From: Podarcis filfolensis | Taxonomy: Eukaryota | Strand: one strand, 5' to 3' | Length of the DNA stretch: 64,000 nt | Assembly: GCA_964270895.1 (NCBI GenBank) | Contig: OZ185442.1 | Shown: in pieces, positions 63,505 to 64,000 of the stretch | Layout of the letters: each line of letters starts with the position of its first letter | How positions within the stretch are numbered: position 1 is the first letter of the stretch | Notes under the pieces: generated by a model | What the model saw: only the letters and a program-made list of their open reading frames with translations | What the model was told of the DNA's origin: nothing | Database searches by the model: none | Program-made: the position numbers and the translations under genes

Positions 63505-63960
63505 AGATATTTCCCCGCACTTGATCAAAGTTATCGCTATTTAGATGTCAAGACTTACACTCAGCACCGTTCTATGGAATCGTTTATTTATATTGTTATA
63601 ATGAAACTTTCCCTCAAAAGGCAAGGGTAGAAGCAACAGGTGCAATGCCCAGCCTAACCGTGTTTACTCAGAGGGTAAAGCCTGCTGAGTCCAAAAGGGC
63701 TCACTTCCAAGGAAGCGTGCAAAGAATTATTGCCTTAGCAACTTTCATGTTCTACACTCAAAACAGCTTCTCTTCACCTGCCCCACCCCACTCTTGAAAT
63801 TGCACAAGTTCACTTTGAATGTGGAGCAGCTTAAAGGCTAGAAAAGCATTCACCACCCATCCCAAAAATCTCCCTGCCTGGTTTTGGCACTTCTCTACCC
63901 AGTCCCACCAGGATCAGGGTAATCCATAAGTTATGGATTTGTTGCCAGTTAGCACCTTCC

Positions 63961-64000
63961 CAGCTCCCTGGGCCAATAAAGCGAGATGAGTGCCGCAACC
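63961..64000 (+). mobile_element. 5'-truncated Sauria SINE 3' fragment running off the window
   Basis: GCTCCCTGGGCCAATAAAGCGAGATGAGTGCCGCAACC matches 29865-29905 of the full copy. Confidence 0.6.

Overview
Eukaryotic (squamate reptile, probably a lacertid lizard, judged from the Sauria-type SINEs) genomic window with three recognisable vertebrate genes in the conserved CSNK2A2-CFAP20-MMP15 order. CSNK2A2 (CK2 alpha-prime, + strand): coding exons 2-11 and a non-coding last exon; exon 1 lies upstream of the window. CFAP20 (+ strand): 6 exons, 193 aa, CpG-island promoter. MMP15 (MT2-MMP, - strand): 10 exons, 661 aa, CpG-island promoter, about 3.1 kb inferred 3'UTR. Gene exons were traced by hand and all have GT-AG introns with consistent phases. 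Introns and intergenic DNA carry many decayed LINEs (CR1, L2, L1, RTE-like), SINEs and DNA-transposon MITEs; their family names come from recalled consensus features, not a database search, and most boundaries are approximate. I found no intact tRNA, rRNA or CRISPR array and cannot demonstrate a new biological system. The best leads are a hand-assembled candidate spliced ORF between CFAP20 and MMP15 (low confidence), a variant MMP15 cysteine switch (PRCGVAD), splice acceptors built from retroposon tails, candidate poison exons and alternative 3' ends in CSNK2A2, a uORF in the MMP15 leader, and MITE-dispersed ZNF143/THAP11-type motifs.
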